Assembly (NCBI GenBank): GCA_024638845.1
Contig: JAHEJN010000004.1
Coordinates: forward strand, 13,748 to 77,747
DNA length: 64,000 nucleotides
Direction: 5' to 3'
Origin: Acidimicrobiales bacterium
Lineage (GTDB): Bacteria > Actinomycetota > Acidimicrobiia > Acidimicrobiales > JAHEJN01
The position numbers were made by a program, and so were the translations under genes. Positions 27,719-37,555 of this stretch are shown here, one piece after another. The notes below the pieces were generated by a model. That model did no database searches and had not been told where the DNA came from. It worked only from the letters and a program-made list of their open reading frames with translations. Position 1 is the stretch's first letter. Each line of letters starts with the position of its first letter.

Positions 27719-28444
27719 CTCGAAGAACTCGATGGTGCGAGGGTTCTGGGCGTTGTCGAACAGGTCCTCGGGCGTTCCGGCCTCGACGATGCGACCCTCG
27801 TCCATGAAGATCACCCGGTCGGCGGCCGCGCGTGCGAAACCCATCTCGTGGGTGACCACGACCATCGTCATTCCCTCGGCGGCGAGCTCGAGCATCACGT
27901 CGAGCACTTCTTTGATCATCTCGGGGTCGAGGGCGCTGGTGGGCTCGTCGAAAAGCATCACCTTCGGGCCCATGGCCAGTGAGCGGGCAATGGCCACCCG
28001 CTGTTGTTGCCCGCCCGAGAGCTGCCGCGGGTACGAGTCGGCCTTCTCGGGAATGCCCACCCGGGTGAGCTGACGCATTGCCTCGTCCTTCGCCTCGGAC
28101 TTCGAACGGTTCCGCACCTTGCGTTGGGCCAGGGTGACATTCTCCAGCACGGTCAGATGCGAGAACAGGTTGAAACTCTGGAACACCATGCCCATCTCGG
28201 CCCGGGCCAGATCGAGATCGGCTTGGCGATCGGTGAGCACGACGCCATCGATGGTGATGGTCCCCTGCGTGGGGGTCTCGAGCAGGTTCATGCATCGCAG
28301 CACGGTGCTCTTGCCGCTGCCCGAAGGGCCGACGATCACCACCACCTCTCCGGTGCCCACATCCAGATCGACGCCGCGGACGGCGTGGACCTGCGAGCCG
28401 AACGACTTGTGCAAATCGGTCACGGTGATCATCGACGAGGTCAT
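27701..28444 (-). CDS. Amino acid ABC transporter ATP-binding protein
   Basis: Walker [10 protein letters not shown], signature [14 protein letters not shown], Walker [11 protein letters not shown], ...FFEKVLSH. Confidence 0.9.
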   Translation of the reverse strand: MTSSMITVTDLHKSFGSQVHAVRGVDLDVGTGEVVVIVGPSGSGKSTVLRCMNLLETPTQGTITIDGVVLTDRQADLDLARAEMGMVFQSFNLFSHLTVLENVTLAQRKVRNRSKSEAKDEAMRQLTRVGIPEKADSYPRQLSGGQQQRVAIARSLAMGPKVMLFDEPTSALDPEMIKEVLDVMLELAAEGMTMVVVTHEMGFARAAADRVIFMDEGRIVEAGTPEDLFDNAQNPRTIEFFEKVLSH

Positions 28445-29367
28445 CGTGCGCCCTGCCGGTCCTTGGAGAGGTGCCGCTCGAGCCGGTCGAGCAGGAACGA
28501 CAAGACGATGGTGAGGGTGAGGTAGATCAAGGTGAGCACCAGATAGCCCTCACGGAACTTGAAGCTCGAGTTGGCGAACTGCTTGGCCCGCTGGGTGATC
28601 TCCAGGATCCCCAGGACCGACAGAAGCGACGTGTCCTTCAGGATGGCGATGAAGTCGTTGCCGAGCGGAGGAATGACCGAACGCAGCGCCTGGGGCATGA
28701 CGATCGACCGGGTCGTCGCGCCGCGGCTCAGGCCGAGGGATCGGCTCGCCTCGATCTGTCCGTGGTCGACCGATTGGATTCCGCCACGAATGATCTCGGC
28801 GATGTATCCGGAGTAGATGAGGGCCAAGGCAATGATGGCGCGCCATTCGAACGAGATCAGGCCCTGCACACCCAGGGCCTCGGTGGCAGGAGGAATGATC
28901 ACCAACGCCACGGTGAAGATCAGGGGCAGGATCGGAATGCCCCGGATGAACTCGACGTAGGCCCGGCACAGGTTCCGTACGGCGATCTTCACGACCCGCG
29001 CCGCCGGGTTGGTGCGATCATCGGCCTTCAACGAACGGCCGAGGCCCAACAGCGCCCCGAAGACCGAAGCGATGAGGAACGCTCGCAGCGTGGCCGTGAT
29101 CGTGAGCCACACGCCGGGATAGATGCGGGCCCATGCCAGGTCGTAGTCGGGGTCGAACACGACCTTGGCCACCAGGGCGATCCACAGCGCGGCGATGATC
29201 ACCGCCCACCATGCGAAGCCGTCGTACCACGGCTCCTCGTCGTTTCGCTCGGTCCAGCCCGGCTCGCCGGCGCTGATCCAATGCTGCTGCGACACGTCGA
29301 GAGGGTCGCCGACGTAGTGGCCAGGATGGCCTCGCTCGGCCTCGGATGCCCCTCCTCCGGTTGTCAT
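28441..29367 (-). CDS. Amino acid ABC transporter permease (His/Glu/Gln/Arg/opine family)
   Basis: ...[12 protein letters not shown]...[43 protein letters not shown]. Start at MTTGG with GAGGAG upstream; an unusually long N-terminal region precedes the first TM helix. Confidence 0.8.
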   Translation of the reverse strand: MTTGGGASEAERGHPGHYVGDPLDVSQQHWISAGEPGWTERNDEEPWYDGFAWWAVIIAALWIALVAKVVFDPDYDLAWARIYPGVWLTITATLRAFLIASVFGALLGLGRSLKADDRTNPAARVVKIAVRNLCRAYVEFIRGIPILPLIFTVALVIIPPATEALGVQGLISFEWRAIIALALIYSGYIAEIIRGGIQSVDHGQIEASRSLGLSRGATTRSIVMPQALRSVIPPLGNDFIAILKDTSLLSVLGILEITQRAKQFANSSFKFREGYLVLTLIYLTLTIVLSFLLDRLERHLSKDRQGAR

Positions 29368-29456
29368 GGTTCTCCTCACGCTCCGCGACGCGCCAATGAC
29401 ACCACACCCTGACGGCAAGCGCCATGTCGACGCCGCGGCGCCGGTAGATTGCCGTT

Positions 29457-30275
29457 GTGGCACCGGCTACCGCCGCCCGGCTCACCCAGCTGCGCCGGAT
29501 CCTCGGCGACCTCGACTCGGTGGTCGTCGCCTTCAGTGGCGGCGCCGACTCGGCCTTTCTCGCCTGGATGGCCAACGACACGCTCGGTTCCGACCGAGCG
29601 ACTGCGGTCACCGCGGTGTCGCCCAGTCTGGCCGGCGAAGAGCTCGACGACTGTCGTGCGCTCGCCGCCGAGTGGGGACTGAGCTGGCTGACGGTCGAAA
29701 CCGACGAGATGGCCAACGCCGCGTATCGCATCAACGACACCGACCGGTGCTATTGGTGCAAGGACGCGCTGATGGCCGAACTGGTACCGGTGGCGGCCCG
29801 GTTCGATGCGACCGTCGTATTGGGTGTGAACCTCGATGACCTCGACGATCACCGTCCCGGTCAGCGCGCCGCTTCCGAACGGGGCGCCGCTTTTCCGTTG
29901 GTCGACGCCGGGTTCGACAAGTCGGCCATCAGGAACGCGTCGTACGAGCTGGGTCTGCGGACGTGGGACAAGCCTGCTGCCGCGTGTCTCGCGTCTCGGC
30001 TCCCCTACGGCACGGAGGTGCGCCTGGCCACCCTCACTGCGGTCGAACGGGCTGAACGAAGCCTGCACCGCATCGGCTTCGCGTCGCTGCGCGTGCGGCA
30101 CTACGGCACCACGGCACGTATCGAGGTCCCGATCGCCGACATCGATCGCTTGATCGCCTGTCGCAGACGCGTGGTCGAGGCCGTGAAGGCTGCGGGCTAC
30201 CGGTATGTCACCGTGGATCTCGAAGGACTTCGCTCGGGCAATCTCAACGACGGGGCCGCTCCGAAACACCCATGA
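29457..30275 (+). CDS. larE: LarE-type PP-loop ATP-dependent sulfur transferase (TIGR00268-like)
   Basis: VVAFSGGADSAFLA (SGGxDS), DRCYWCK, PAAACLASRLPYG. TAGATT hexamer lies 6 nt before the GTG. Confidence 0.7.
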   Translation: MAPATAARLTQLRRILGDLDSVVVAFSGGADSAFLAWMANDTLGSDRATAVTAVSPSLAGEELDDCRALAAEWGLSWLTVETDEMANAAYRINDTDRCYWCKDALMAELVPVAARFDATVVLGVNLDDLDDHRPGQRAASERGAAFPLVDAGFDKSAIRNASYELGLRTWDKPAAACLASRLPYGTEVRLATLTAVERAERSLHRIGFASLRVRHYGTTARIEVPIADIDRLIACRRRVVEAVKAAGYRYVTVDLEGLRSGNLNDGAAPKHP

Positions 30276-30507
30276 TCCGATGAGGCCGATCGGCCCATCG
30301 GCGAGGGATTTGCTCATTTCCTGCGAGCCGGAAATCCGCCACCATGAGGCCTGACGGATACAGGAGGGCGGTCCTGGCCCGTCATCCGGACCTCGCCAGT
30401 GGGCAGCCGCGAGTGGGGTCCGGATTCACAGCTCGCTGTGAGGTTCTGGCCACCGGCATCGCCGGTGGCCAGGCCGCGTTCAGTGGTCGCCGCACTAGTT
30501 TGTCGCC

Positions 30508-32808
30508 ATGGCCCCTGTCCTCGACCGTCACGAGCTGTTCGCCGATCGGTCGCTGGTGGGCACGGTCTTCTGTCGCGCCTACAGCCGGCGCGTCGACGAG
30601 TGGCTTGCCGCGATGTTCGACGAGGTCGCAAGGGGCCGAACCGACGTGGCTCTGGCCGCGGTCGGTGGGTACGGGCGGGCCGAGCTGAGCCCGCAGAGCG
30701 ACATCGACGTGATGCTGTTGCACGAGAAGGGCGCCGACGTGGGTGATCTCGCCACCACGCTCTGGTATCCGATCTGGGACGAGGGACTCAAGCTCGGTCA
30801 CAGTGTCCGCAGCCCTCGCGAAGCGCTCTCGCTGGCGGCAACCGATCTCGAGACCGCCACCTCGATGCTCTCGTTGCGACATGTCGCCGGCGACAAGGCG
30901 CTCGTGCGCAAGCTGCGCGATGCCGCCGCGGCGCAGTGGGTCCGCAAGGCGAAGCGCTGGCTGCCCACCATGTTCGAACGCTTCCAGCAGCGCCACGAGG
31001 AGTTCGGCGAGCTCGCCTTCCTCCTCGAACCCGATCTCAAATCGTCCGAAGGTGGACTGCGCGACGCCCACGTCCTGAGTTGGCTCGCCGCGGCCGACTC
31101 CCGCCTCCACACCGAGGTCCCGGACACCTCCTCGCACGCGTACGAAGTGCTGCTGGCGGCTCGTGTCGAGCTCCACCGCTCGACCAACCGGCTCAGCAAC
31201 GTGATGCTGCTCGAGGAGCAGGATGCCGTTGCCGCCGCGCTGCACTACGACGACGCCGATCTGCTCATGGCTGACATCGCGGCATCGGCCCGTGAGATCG
31301 CGTGGACCGCGGGCGAGGCCTGGCGGGCGGTGTCGTCGAGCCGATCCTTTCCCTTCCGTTCGCCGAAACCTCGGGTGCTGACGGCGGGCCTGGGCGAGCT
31401 CGACGGCTCGATCGTCCTGCTCGAGGGCGTCGATCTCGACGATCCGCTGCTCACGTTGCGAGTCGTCGAGCTCGCCGCCCGCAACGCCCTCGTACTGCCC
31501 CGAGCGACGCTCGAGCGCTTGGCCTTCGAGGCGGTGCCGCTGACCGAGCCGTGGCCCGACGAGGCCCGCCGGCTGTTCGAGGACACCCTCCTCGCCGGCC
31601 ACCAGGCGATCCCGGTGCTCGAGAGCCTCGATCACTTCGGGCTGCTCCATCGGCTCGTTCCCGAGTGGGAGCCCAATCGAAGTCGACCCCAGCGAAACGC
31701 CTACCACCGCTTCACCGTCGATCGTCATCTGCTAGAGACCGCGGCCCAGGCGGCTCTGGTGGTCGATCGCGTCAGCCGACCCGGGCTGTTGGTGGTGGGA
31801 GCGCTTCTACACGACATCGGCAAGGGCTACCCCGGCGATCACACCGAGGTCGGCATCGAGATGATCCCGACGATTGCCCGGCGCATGGGTTATCCCGACG
31901 ACGATGTCGCGCTGCTGGTCGACATGTGTCGCCATCACCTCCTGTTACCCGACGTGGCCACGCGCCGAGACATCGGCGACCCCGACATCATCGTGTGGGT
32001 GGCCGATCAGGTGGGCTCGATCACCACCCTCGAGCTCCTCGGCGCTCTCACCGAGGCCGACTCGATCGCCACCGGGCCGTCGGCGTGGAGCCGCTGGAAG
32101 GCGGGACTGGTTCGCAGCCTGGTCGACCGAACCCGCCTCGCTCTCGACTCGGGTGATGTCTCGACGCTGACGAGCGGGTTCCCGTCGTCCGAGCAGCTGG
32201 CTCTCATGGCCGCCGGCGAACGACAGGTGATCGTCGACGCCGACACCATCACCGTGGTGATGCCCGACGCCCACGCATCGCTGTGGCGGGTTGCGGGGAC
32301 ACTCGCGCTGCACGGGCTCGACGTCCTGCAGGCCGACGTGCACTCCGAGGACGGAATGGGCATCGAGGTGTACCGGGTCGAGGCGATCTTCGGTGCCGTC
32401 GACGCCGACCAGCTCACCCACGACGTGTGGAGGGCTCTCGACGGACGCCTGGCTGTCTTCGCCCGCCTCGACGAGCGGGTCAGGGTGTATGAGCCCGCGG
32501 TGCGGAAGGAGTCGACGCGTCCGACGCTTCCCACCAGCGTGTCGTTCGACAACGTCAGCTCCACGACGGCCACCGTGGTGGAGGTCGCAGCCGCCGACAG
32601 CCTGGGTCTGCTGTGTCGTCTGGCCCATGCGCTGTCCGAACAGGGCCTCGATATCAGTCGTTCGAGGGTGCAGACCTTGGGCGAGAGCGCGGTCGATTCC
32701 TTCTACGTCACCGACATCCACGGCAACAAGATCACCGACGCCGAGCACCTCGAGGAGATTCGCACCAGCATCGAACACAGCCTCCAGCGCCGAGAGTCGC
32801 GATCGTGA
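30508..32808 (+). CDS. glnD: [Protein-PII] uridylyltransferase/uridylyl-removing enzyme
   Basis: 766 aa: nucleotidyltransferase region (GGYGRAELSPQSDIDVMLL), HD domain (ALLHDIGKG..DH), two C-terminal ACT-like domains. TAGTTT hexamer lies 6 nt before the ATG. Confidence 0.85.
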   Translation: MAPVLDRHELFADRSLVGTVFCRAYSRRVDEWLAAMFDEVARGRTDVALAAVGGYGRAELSPQSDIDVMLLHEKGADVGDLATTLWYPIWDEGLKLGHSVRSPREALSLAATDLETATSMLSLRHVAGDKALVRKLRDAAAAQWVRKAKRWLPTMFERFQQRHEEFGELAFLLEPDLKSSEGGLRDAHVLSWLAAADSRLHTEVPDTSSHAYEVLLAARVELHRSTNRLSNVMLLEEQDAVAAALHYDDADLLMADIAASAREIAWTAGEAWRAVSSSRSFPFRSPKPRVLTAGLGELDGSIVLLEGVDLDDPLLTLRVVELAARNALVLPRATLERLAFEAVPLTEPWPDEARRLFEDTLLAGHQAIPVLESLDHFGLLHRLVPEWEPNRSRPQRNAYHRFTVDRHLLETAAQAALVVDRVSRPGLLVVGALLHDIGKGYPGDHTEVGIEMIPTIARRMGYPDDDVALLVDMCRHHLLLPDVATRRDIGDPDIIVWVADQVGSITTLELLGALTEADSIATGPSAWSRWKAGLVRSLVDRTRLALDSGDVSTLTSGFPSSEQLALMAAGERQVIVDADTITVVMPDAHASLWRVAGTLALHGLDVLQADVHSEDGMGIEVYRVEAIFGAVDADQLTHDVWRALDGRLAVFARLDERVRVYEPAVRKESTRPTLPTSVSFDNVSSTTATVVEVAAADSLGLLCRLAHALSEQGLDISRSRVQTLGESAVDSFYVTDIHGNKITDAEHLEEIRTSIEHSLQRRESRS

Positions 32809-33506
32809 GCGGTCACGATGCCGCCGCGGGCAAGGTCGACGAAGCCACGCTCCTCCGCTGGAGCGAGTCGCTCGCCGCCATCGCCCGGACCGGGCTCGGC
32901 TTCACCGAGAGCCTGTACGAGCGTGAACGGTTCGAGGAGGTGCTTGCAGTCGCCGCCGACATCCGTGCGGCCATCGAGGAGGGCGTCGATCCCGACACCC
33001 GTGTCATCGAGTGGCTACGTCTTGTCGGCGACGGTGTGGCGGGCTACGTCACCCCGAAGGCAACCGTCGGTGCAGTGGTCGGAAACGACAACGGCGAGAT
33101 CCTGCTGGTGCAGCGAGCCGACTCGGGGGTGTGGCTGTATCCGACCGGCTGGGCCGACGTCGGGTACTCGCCGTCGGAGGTGGCGGTGAAGGAAGTGAAG
33201 GAGGAGACCGGCATCGAGTGCGAGGTGGTGCGCATGATCTCGGTGCTCGACGGCATGCGGATGGGGTTCACCCGCATTCCGCTCTACTCGATCGTCTTCC
33301 ACTGCCGGGCGGTGGGCGGCGAGTTGCGGGCGCATCCTCTCGAGACGTCGGCGGTGGGTTTCTTCGCCCCCGATGCACTACCTCATCCAACGGTCGGCGT
33401 CGACCGGTGGGGTCCCTTGGCCTTCGCCGCGATTCGAGGCGAACCGATCGAGGTGTTGTTCGACCAACCCCGCTCCGAACCTTGGCGGCCCGGCGATTTG
33501 GCATGA
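32805..33506 (+). CDS. NUDIX hydrolase with N-terminal NUDIX-associated domain
   Basis: Nudix box GWADVGYSPSEVAVKEVKEETGIE. The GTG overlaps the glnD stop (GTGA). Confidence 0.75.
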   Translation: MSGHDAAAGKVDEATLLRWSESLAAIARTGLGFTESLYERERFEEVLAVAADIRAAIEEGVDPDTRVIEWLRLVGDGVAGYVTPKATVGAVVGNDNGEILLVQRADSGVWLYPTGWADVGYSPSEVAVKEVKEETGIECEVVRMISVLDGMRMGFTRIPLYSIVFHCRAVGGELRAHPLETSAVGFFAPDALPHPTVGVDRWGPLAFAAIRGEPIEVLFDQPRSEPWRPGDLA

Positions 33507-33513
33507 TGCATCA

Positions 33514-34362
33514 ATGAACAGTCCTTCACCCACCACGTATCAACCCACCAGCATCGTCGAGCTGGGCGCCACCCGTACCGGTGTGATCCAGTTGCGGCGT
33601 GAGTGGCCGACCACCGATCCGAAGGCCGTCGTGGTGATCTCCCACGGGATCTCCGAGCACAGCGGACGCTACGAACACGTCGGGCAGTACCTCACCGAGC
33701 ACGGCTTCGGTGTCGTGGCCTTCGACCACCGCGGCTTCGGCCAGAGCGGCGGACGACGAGGTTGGATCGCCTCGTTCGAGGACTACCTCGACGATCTCGA
33801 AGATCATCTCGCCGAGGCCCGGCGGGTGGGCGTGCCGGTGATCCTCCTCGGGCACTCCCTCGGCGGGTTGATGGTCGCCAAGTATGCCGAGAGCCAGCGA
33901 CCGCGGCCTGACCTCTTCGTCGTGAGCGGACCTCCGATCGCGTCCGCCGCCCCGAACCCTGCGCTCGATCCGCTTCCCGGCCTGGTGGCGCCGCTCTTCG
34001 GTGGGCTCCGAGTCTCGTCGGGATTGCCCACGTCGCTGCTGAGTCGCGACCAAGCGGTGTGTGAGGCCTACGACGCCGATCCACTCGTCGACACCAAGAG
34101 CACGCTCGATCTCATCGCCGCCTTCGTGGAAGCGGTTGAGGACACCCGTGCCAACCTCGATCGCATCCGCACCCCGATGCTGGCGATGGCCGGCGAAGAC
34201 GACGTATGGGTCCCTCCGGCCTCGACCCGGTTGCTCGAGGGTCGCCCCGGCGTCGACGTGATCTTCTATCCCGAGCACCGCCACGAGATCTTCAACGAGC
34301 TCGACTGGCAGCACGTGCTCGACGACATGATCGCCTGGATCGAGAGGAACCTGTCCGGCTAG
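33514..34362 (+). CDS. Alpha/beta hydrolase (lysophospholipase / monoacylglycerol lipase-like)
   Basis: VVISHGISEHSGRYEHVG...FDHRGFGQSGG...LLGHSLGG (GxSxG)...HEIFNE. Confidence 0.8.
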   Translation: MNSPSPTTYQPTSIVELGATRTGVIQLRREWPTTDPKAVVVISHGISEHSGRYEHVGQYLTEHGFGVVAFDHRGFGQSGGRRGWIASFEDYLDDLEDHLAEARRVGVPVILLGHSLGGLMVAKYAESQRPRPDLFVVSGPPIASAAPNPALDPLPGLVAPLFGGLRVSSGLPTSLLSRDQAVCEAYDADPLVDTKSTLDLIAAFVEAVEDTRANLDRIRTPMLAMAGEDDVWVPPASTRLLEGRPGVDVIFYPEHRHEIFNELDWQHVLDDMIAWIERNLSG

Positions 34363-35228
34363 TCCGGCTGTTGGCGGAGGAAGTTCTCGACCTCGGCCAA
34401 CAAGATGTCGACCGACTCCTCGGGCGGGTCGGCCGAGTCGTAGTGCTCCTCGAGCTCGAGAACGTACTCGGCGGTGTCGTCGTCGCCGGCGATCATCTCG
34501 CTCACCTGTCGTTCATAGGCCAGTGCCGCGACCTCGAGCTCGGTGGTCTCGATATCGAAATCGAGGAGGAGCTGGAGGCGGTCGAGCAGCGCCAGCGCCG
34601 CCTTGGGGCTGCCGGCACCGGGCACGTAGGCGGGAACGGCCGCCCAGAGCGAAGCGGTCGGGAAACCAGCGTCGCGACACAGCGAAGCCAGCACGCCGAC
34701 GATGCCGGTTGGACCTTCGTAGCGCGAGCGGCTGAGCTGAAGGCGGCCGACGAGGGCGTCGTCGTCGGACGTGCCGTACACCTCGACGGGCCGGGTGTGG
34801 GGCACGTCGGCCAACAACGCGCCCATCGTGATCACCATCGACGCTCCGGTTGCCTCGGCGAAGGCGATGAGCCGGGACGCGAAGGTCTTCCATCTCAGCG
34901 CCGGCTCGGTGCCCTCGACGAACACGATGGGTCGGTCGGCACCCGGCAGCGTGGCCACCGAGAGCCGGGTTCTCGGCCACTCGATCTGGCGGCTGCTGTC
35001 TTCGTCGAGGACGACCAGCGGCCGGTCGGTGGTGAAGTCGACGAAGTGCTCGGGATCGATGGCGGCCACCGGCGTCGCCCGAGTGCGTTGGCGGAGGTAC
35101 TTCACGGCCTGGCTGGCGGCATCTCCGGCGTCGTTCCAGCCGGTGAAGGCGGCCACTATGACCGGACCACGGGGAAGCGACTCGTCGTGCCAGACGATGT
35201 CGGGAATGTCGGGAGGACCCACCCCCAC
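34359..35228 (-). CDS. PAC2-family (proteasome assembly chaperone-like) protein
   Basis: ...VIVAAFTGWNDAGDAASQAVKYL...MVITMGALLADVPHTRP... plus an acidic C-terminus. Confidence 0.65.
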   Translation of the reverse strand: MGVGPPDIPDIVWHDESLPRGPVIVAAFTGWNDAGDAASQAVKYLRQRTRATPVAAIDPEHFVDFTTDRPLVVLDEDSSRQIEWPRTRLSVATLPGADRPIVFVEGTEPALRWKTFASRLIAFAEATGASMVITMGALLADVPHTRPVEVYGTSDDDALVGRLQLSRSRYEGPTGIVGVLASLCRDAGFPTASLWAAVPAYVPGAGSPKAALALLDRLQLLLDFDIETTELEVAALAYERQVSEMIAGDDDTAEYVLELEEHYDSADPPEESVDILLAEVENFLRQQPD

Positions 35229-35295
35229 ACGCTATCCGGAACCCTTCGGGCCCCGGTAGCGGATCGGGTCGTGCGGCCCAGCCTAGGATCTTCGG

Positions 35296-35724
35296 GTGAT
35301 CACCGTCGAAGAGGCCACCGTCGTCTCCGAACAGCTCGTCGAGGCGATGCAGCGGCTCGTCCCGCAGCTCTCCCGATCGAGCCCGCCGCCCGACGCGGCC
35401 GCCCTGCAACAGATCGTCGACTCGGACGCGAGCATCCTGTTCGTGGCCCTCGACGACGAAGCCATCGTGGGAAGCCTGACCTTGGCCGTGTTCGGCATCC
35501 CGACCGGCACGCGTGCGTGGATCGAAGACGTGGTGGTCGACGAGAAGGTCCGGGGCAAGGGTGTGGGTGCGGCGCTGAACGGCGTCGCACTGGCCCGGGC
35601 CGCGGCCGAGGGTGCCCGAACCGTCGATCTCACCTCGCGTCCGTCGCGCGAGGCGGCCAATCGCTTGTACCGGCGGCTCGGATTCGTGGCCCGCGACACC
35701 AATGTGTACCGCTTCGAGCTCTGA
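35296..35724 (+). CDS. GNAT-family N-acetyltransferase
   Basis: ...WIEDVVVDEKVRGKGVGAALNGVALARAAAEGARTVDLTSRPSREAANRLYRRLGF. TAGGAT hexamer lies 6 nt before the GTG. Confidence 0.8.
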   Translation: MITVEEATVVSEQLVEAMQRLVPQLSRSSPPPDAAALQQIVDSDASILFVALDDEAIVGSLTLAVFGIPTGTRAWIEDVVVDEKVRGKGVGAALNGVALARAAAEGARTVDLTSRPSREAANRLYRRLGFVARDTNVYRFEL

Positions 35725-37038
35725 TCAGCTCACCGTGATGCGCTGGATCTCACCGGACTCGAGCAGCACCAGGACCTCTCCACCGTGGCCCACGCCGAAC
35801 GAGACCGGGTTGCTCTCGACACGGCCGAGCTCTGCTTCGCTCGAGACGTCGACCGAGCCGTCGGAAACGATGAGTCCGCGAATCCATCGCCCGCAGTAGT
35901 CGGCGTACAGGTAGACGCCTTCGAGCGCCGGATCCGTGCCGCGTGCCACCACGCCGCCGGTGATGGAGCAGCCTTCGTCGTGGGTGTACTGGGAGATCGG
36001 TTCGATCGCGTCGGCCGGGTTCCCCACGCCGAAGGGCACGGTTCCCTCGAAGGCCGACCAGCCGAGATTGGCGCCCGACCCGGCGGCCGCGCCGTCGAAA
36101 CTGCGGAGGAGGTCGACCTCCTCGATCGACCCCTGGCCGACGTCGCCGATCCACAGGTCGCCGGTAGCGGGGTCGAACGAGAACCGCCACGGGTTGCGGA
36201 GGCCGTACGCGAACACCTCGGGGCGGGCATCGGCGCGACCGACGAAGGGATTGTCGGCCGGGATGGCGTAGGTGTCGCCATCGGGGTCGGGGGCGATCCG
36301 CAAGATCGAGCCGAGGAGATCGCTCGGATCCTGGCCGGTGGCGAGCGGGTCGCCGGCGCTGCCACCGTCGCCGAGCCCGTAGTAGAGGTAACCGTCGGGC
36401 CCGAAGGCGAGATGTCCGCCGTTGTGGTTGGGGTAGGGCTGCTCTACCAGCAGGAGCTCTCGTTCGCCCGTGCCGTCGATGGTGAGCTCCACCAGTCGAT
36501 TGTTGCCGTCGACGTCGGTGTACACGATGTACATGTACCGGCCATCCGGGGCGACGGCGAGGCCGAGCAGGCCCTGTTCGTTGCCCGTCGAGGTTCGCCC
36601 GCGCAGGTCGATCAGCAGCGGCTCGACGCGGTCGTAGGTGCCGTCGGGTTGCGGAGTCCATCGGGCGAGGACGCCGGTCTTCTCGGCGACGATCAGCGAC
36701 TCGCCGTCGGGGTGGAGCGCCACGGCGAGGGGAACGCCGTCGAGCTCGATCACCGTGTCGAAGTCGAGGGCCACCCCGTCGAGTGAGGTGGCCGGGGATG
36801 GAAGAGCCGACGTGGGCTCGGTCGTAGGGGTCCCTTCCGCAGGCGGTGAGGGCTGCGGTGTCGGCGCGTCTTCGGTTGACGGTGCGGTGGTGGGATCCGT
36901 TTCTTCGGCGATGGGCGTGGTCGTCGGGACATCGAGCGCGAGCCCCGAGTCGGTCGGCGCGTCGGTGGCGCACGCGGCGACGAGCGTCAACGCGGGCACG
37001 GCCGCGAGGAGATGAAGGAATGGTCGGGGGGAGGTCAC
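35725..37038 (-). CDS. PQQ-dependent sugar dehydrogenase (sorbosone/glucose dehydrogenase family) lipoprotein
   Basis: Lipobox LTLVAAC, Pro/Thr-rich linker, ...NHNGGHLAFGPDGYLYYGLGDGGSAGDP...GLRNPWRFSFD. Start GTG 37038 or ATG 37104. Confidence 0.75.
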   Translation of the reverse strand: MTSPRPFLHLLAAVPALTLVAACATDAPTDSGLALDVPTTTPIAEETDPTTAPSTEDAPTPQPSPPAEGTPTTEPTSALPSPATSLDGVALDFDTVIELDGVPLAVALHPDGESLIVAEKTGVLARWTPQPDGTYDRVEPLLIDLRGRTSTGNEQGLLGLAVAPDGRYMYIVYTDVDGNNRLVELTIDGTGERELLLVEQPYPNHNGGHLAFGPDGYLYYGLGDGGSAGDPLATGQDPSDLLGSILRIAPDPDGDTYAIPADNPFVGRADARPEVFAYGLRNPWRFSFDPATGDLWIGDVGQGSIEEVDLLRSFDGAAAGSGANLGWSAFEGTVPFGVGNPADAIEPISQYTHDEGCSITGGVVARGTDPALEGVYLYADYCGRWIRGLIVSDGSVDVSSEAELGRVESNPVSFGVGHGGEVLVLLESGEIQRITVS

Positions 37039-37060
37039 GCAGCTCAACTCAGTCGATAGT

Positions 37061-37555
37061 GTGGTCGACTGTACCGCTATGCAGCTGCCCGAATTCGTCC
37101 CCACGCTCGTGCTCGGACACGGCCCGCGATTCCTGCGCTACGCGGGGGTCTCGGTCATCGCGGTCGTCTTCGCCCAAGCGATGCTCGTGGTGTTGTACGC
37201 AGGCTTCGGCATGTCGGCGGTGGCGGCCAACGTCGTGTCGTCCTCGCTCGGTTCCGTACCTGCCTATGTGCTCAACCGGTACTGGGTGTGGAAGAAGACC
37301 TCCCGGAACCTCTTCTGGAGCGAGATCGTGCCGTTCTGGGGCATGGCCCTGCTCGGTCTGGTACTTTCCACCGCGCTCGTGGCCGTCGTTTCGGCTCGCT
37401 GGGACACCGTGTTCGCGGTGTCGGCCGCGAGTTTGACCGCCTTCGGCTCCATCTGGGTCGGGAAGTACTTCGTCTTGCACCACGTGCTCTTCGCGGCAGC
37501 TCACGCCGACTCGTCGGCTGATGTCGACTCGCCGACACCAGCCATTGAAACCTGA
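37061..37555 (+). CDS. GtrA-family membrane protein
   Basis: RFLRYAGVSVIAVVFAQAMLVVL...SSLGSVPAYVLNRYWVWKK; four predicted TM helices. Start GTG 37061 or ATG 37079. Confidence 0.7.
   Translation: MVDCTAMQLPEFVPTLVLGHGPRFLRYAGVSVIAVVFAQAMLVVLYAGFGMSAVAANVVSSSLGSVPAYVLNRYWVWKKTSRNLFWSEIVPFWGMALLGLVLSTALVAVVSARWDTVFAVSAASLTAFGSIWVGKYFVLHHVLFAAAHADSSADVDSPTPAIET

Noticed and set aside
27450-28295. 281-aa minus-strand ORF containing a repeated peptide ([27 protein letters not shown] twice).
   Set aside because: The peptide repeat only reflects reading through the 81-bp tandem DNA repeat. The rest of the ORF is out of frame with the well-supported ABC ATPase gene.
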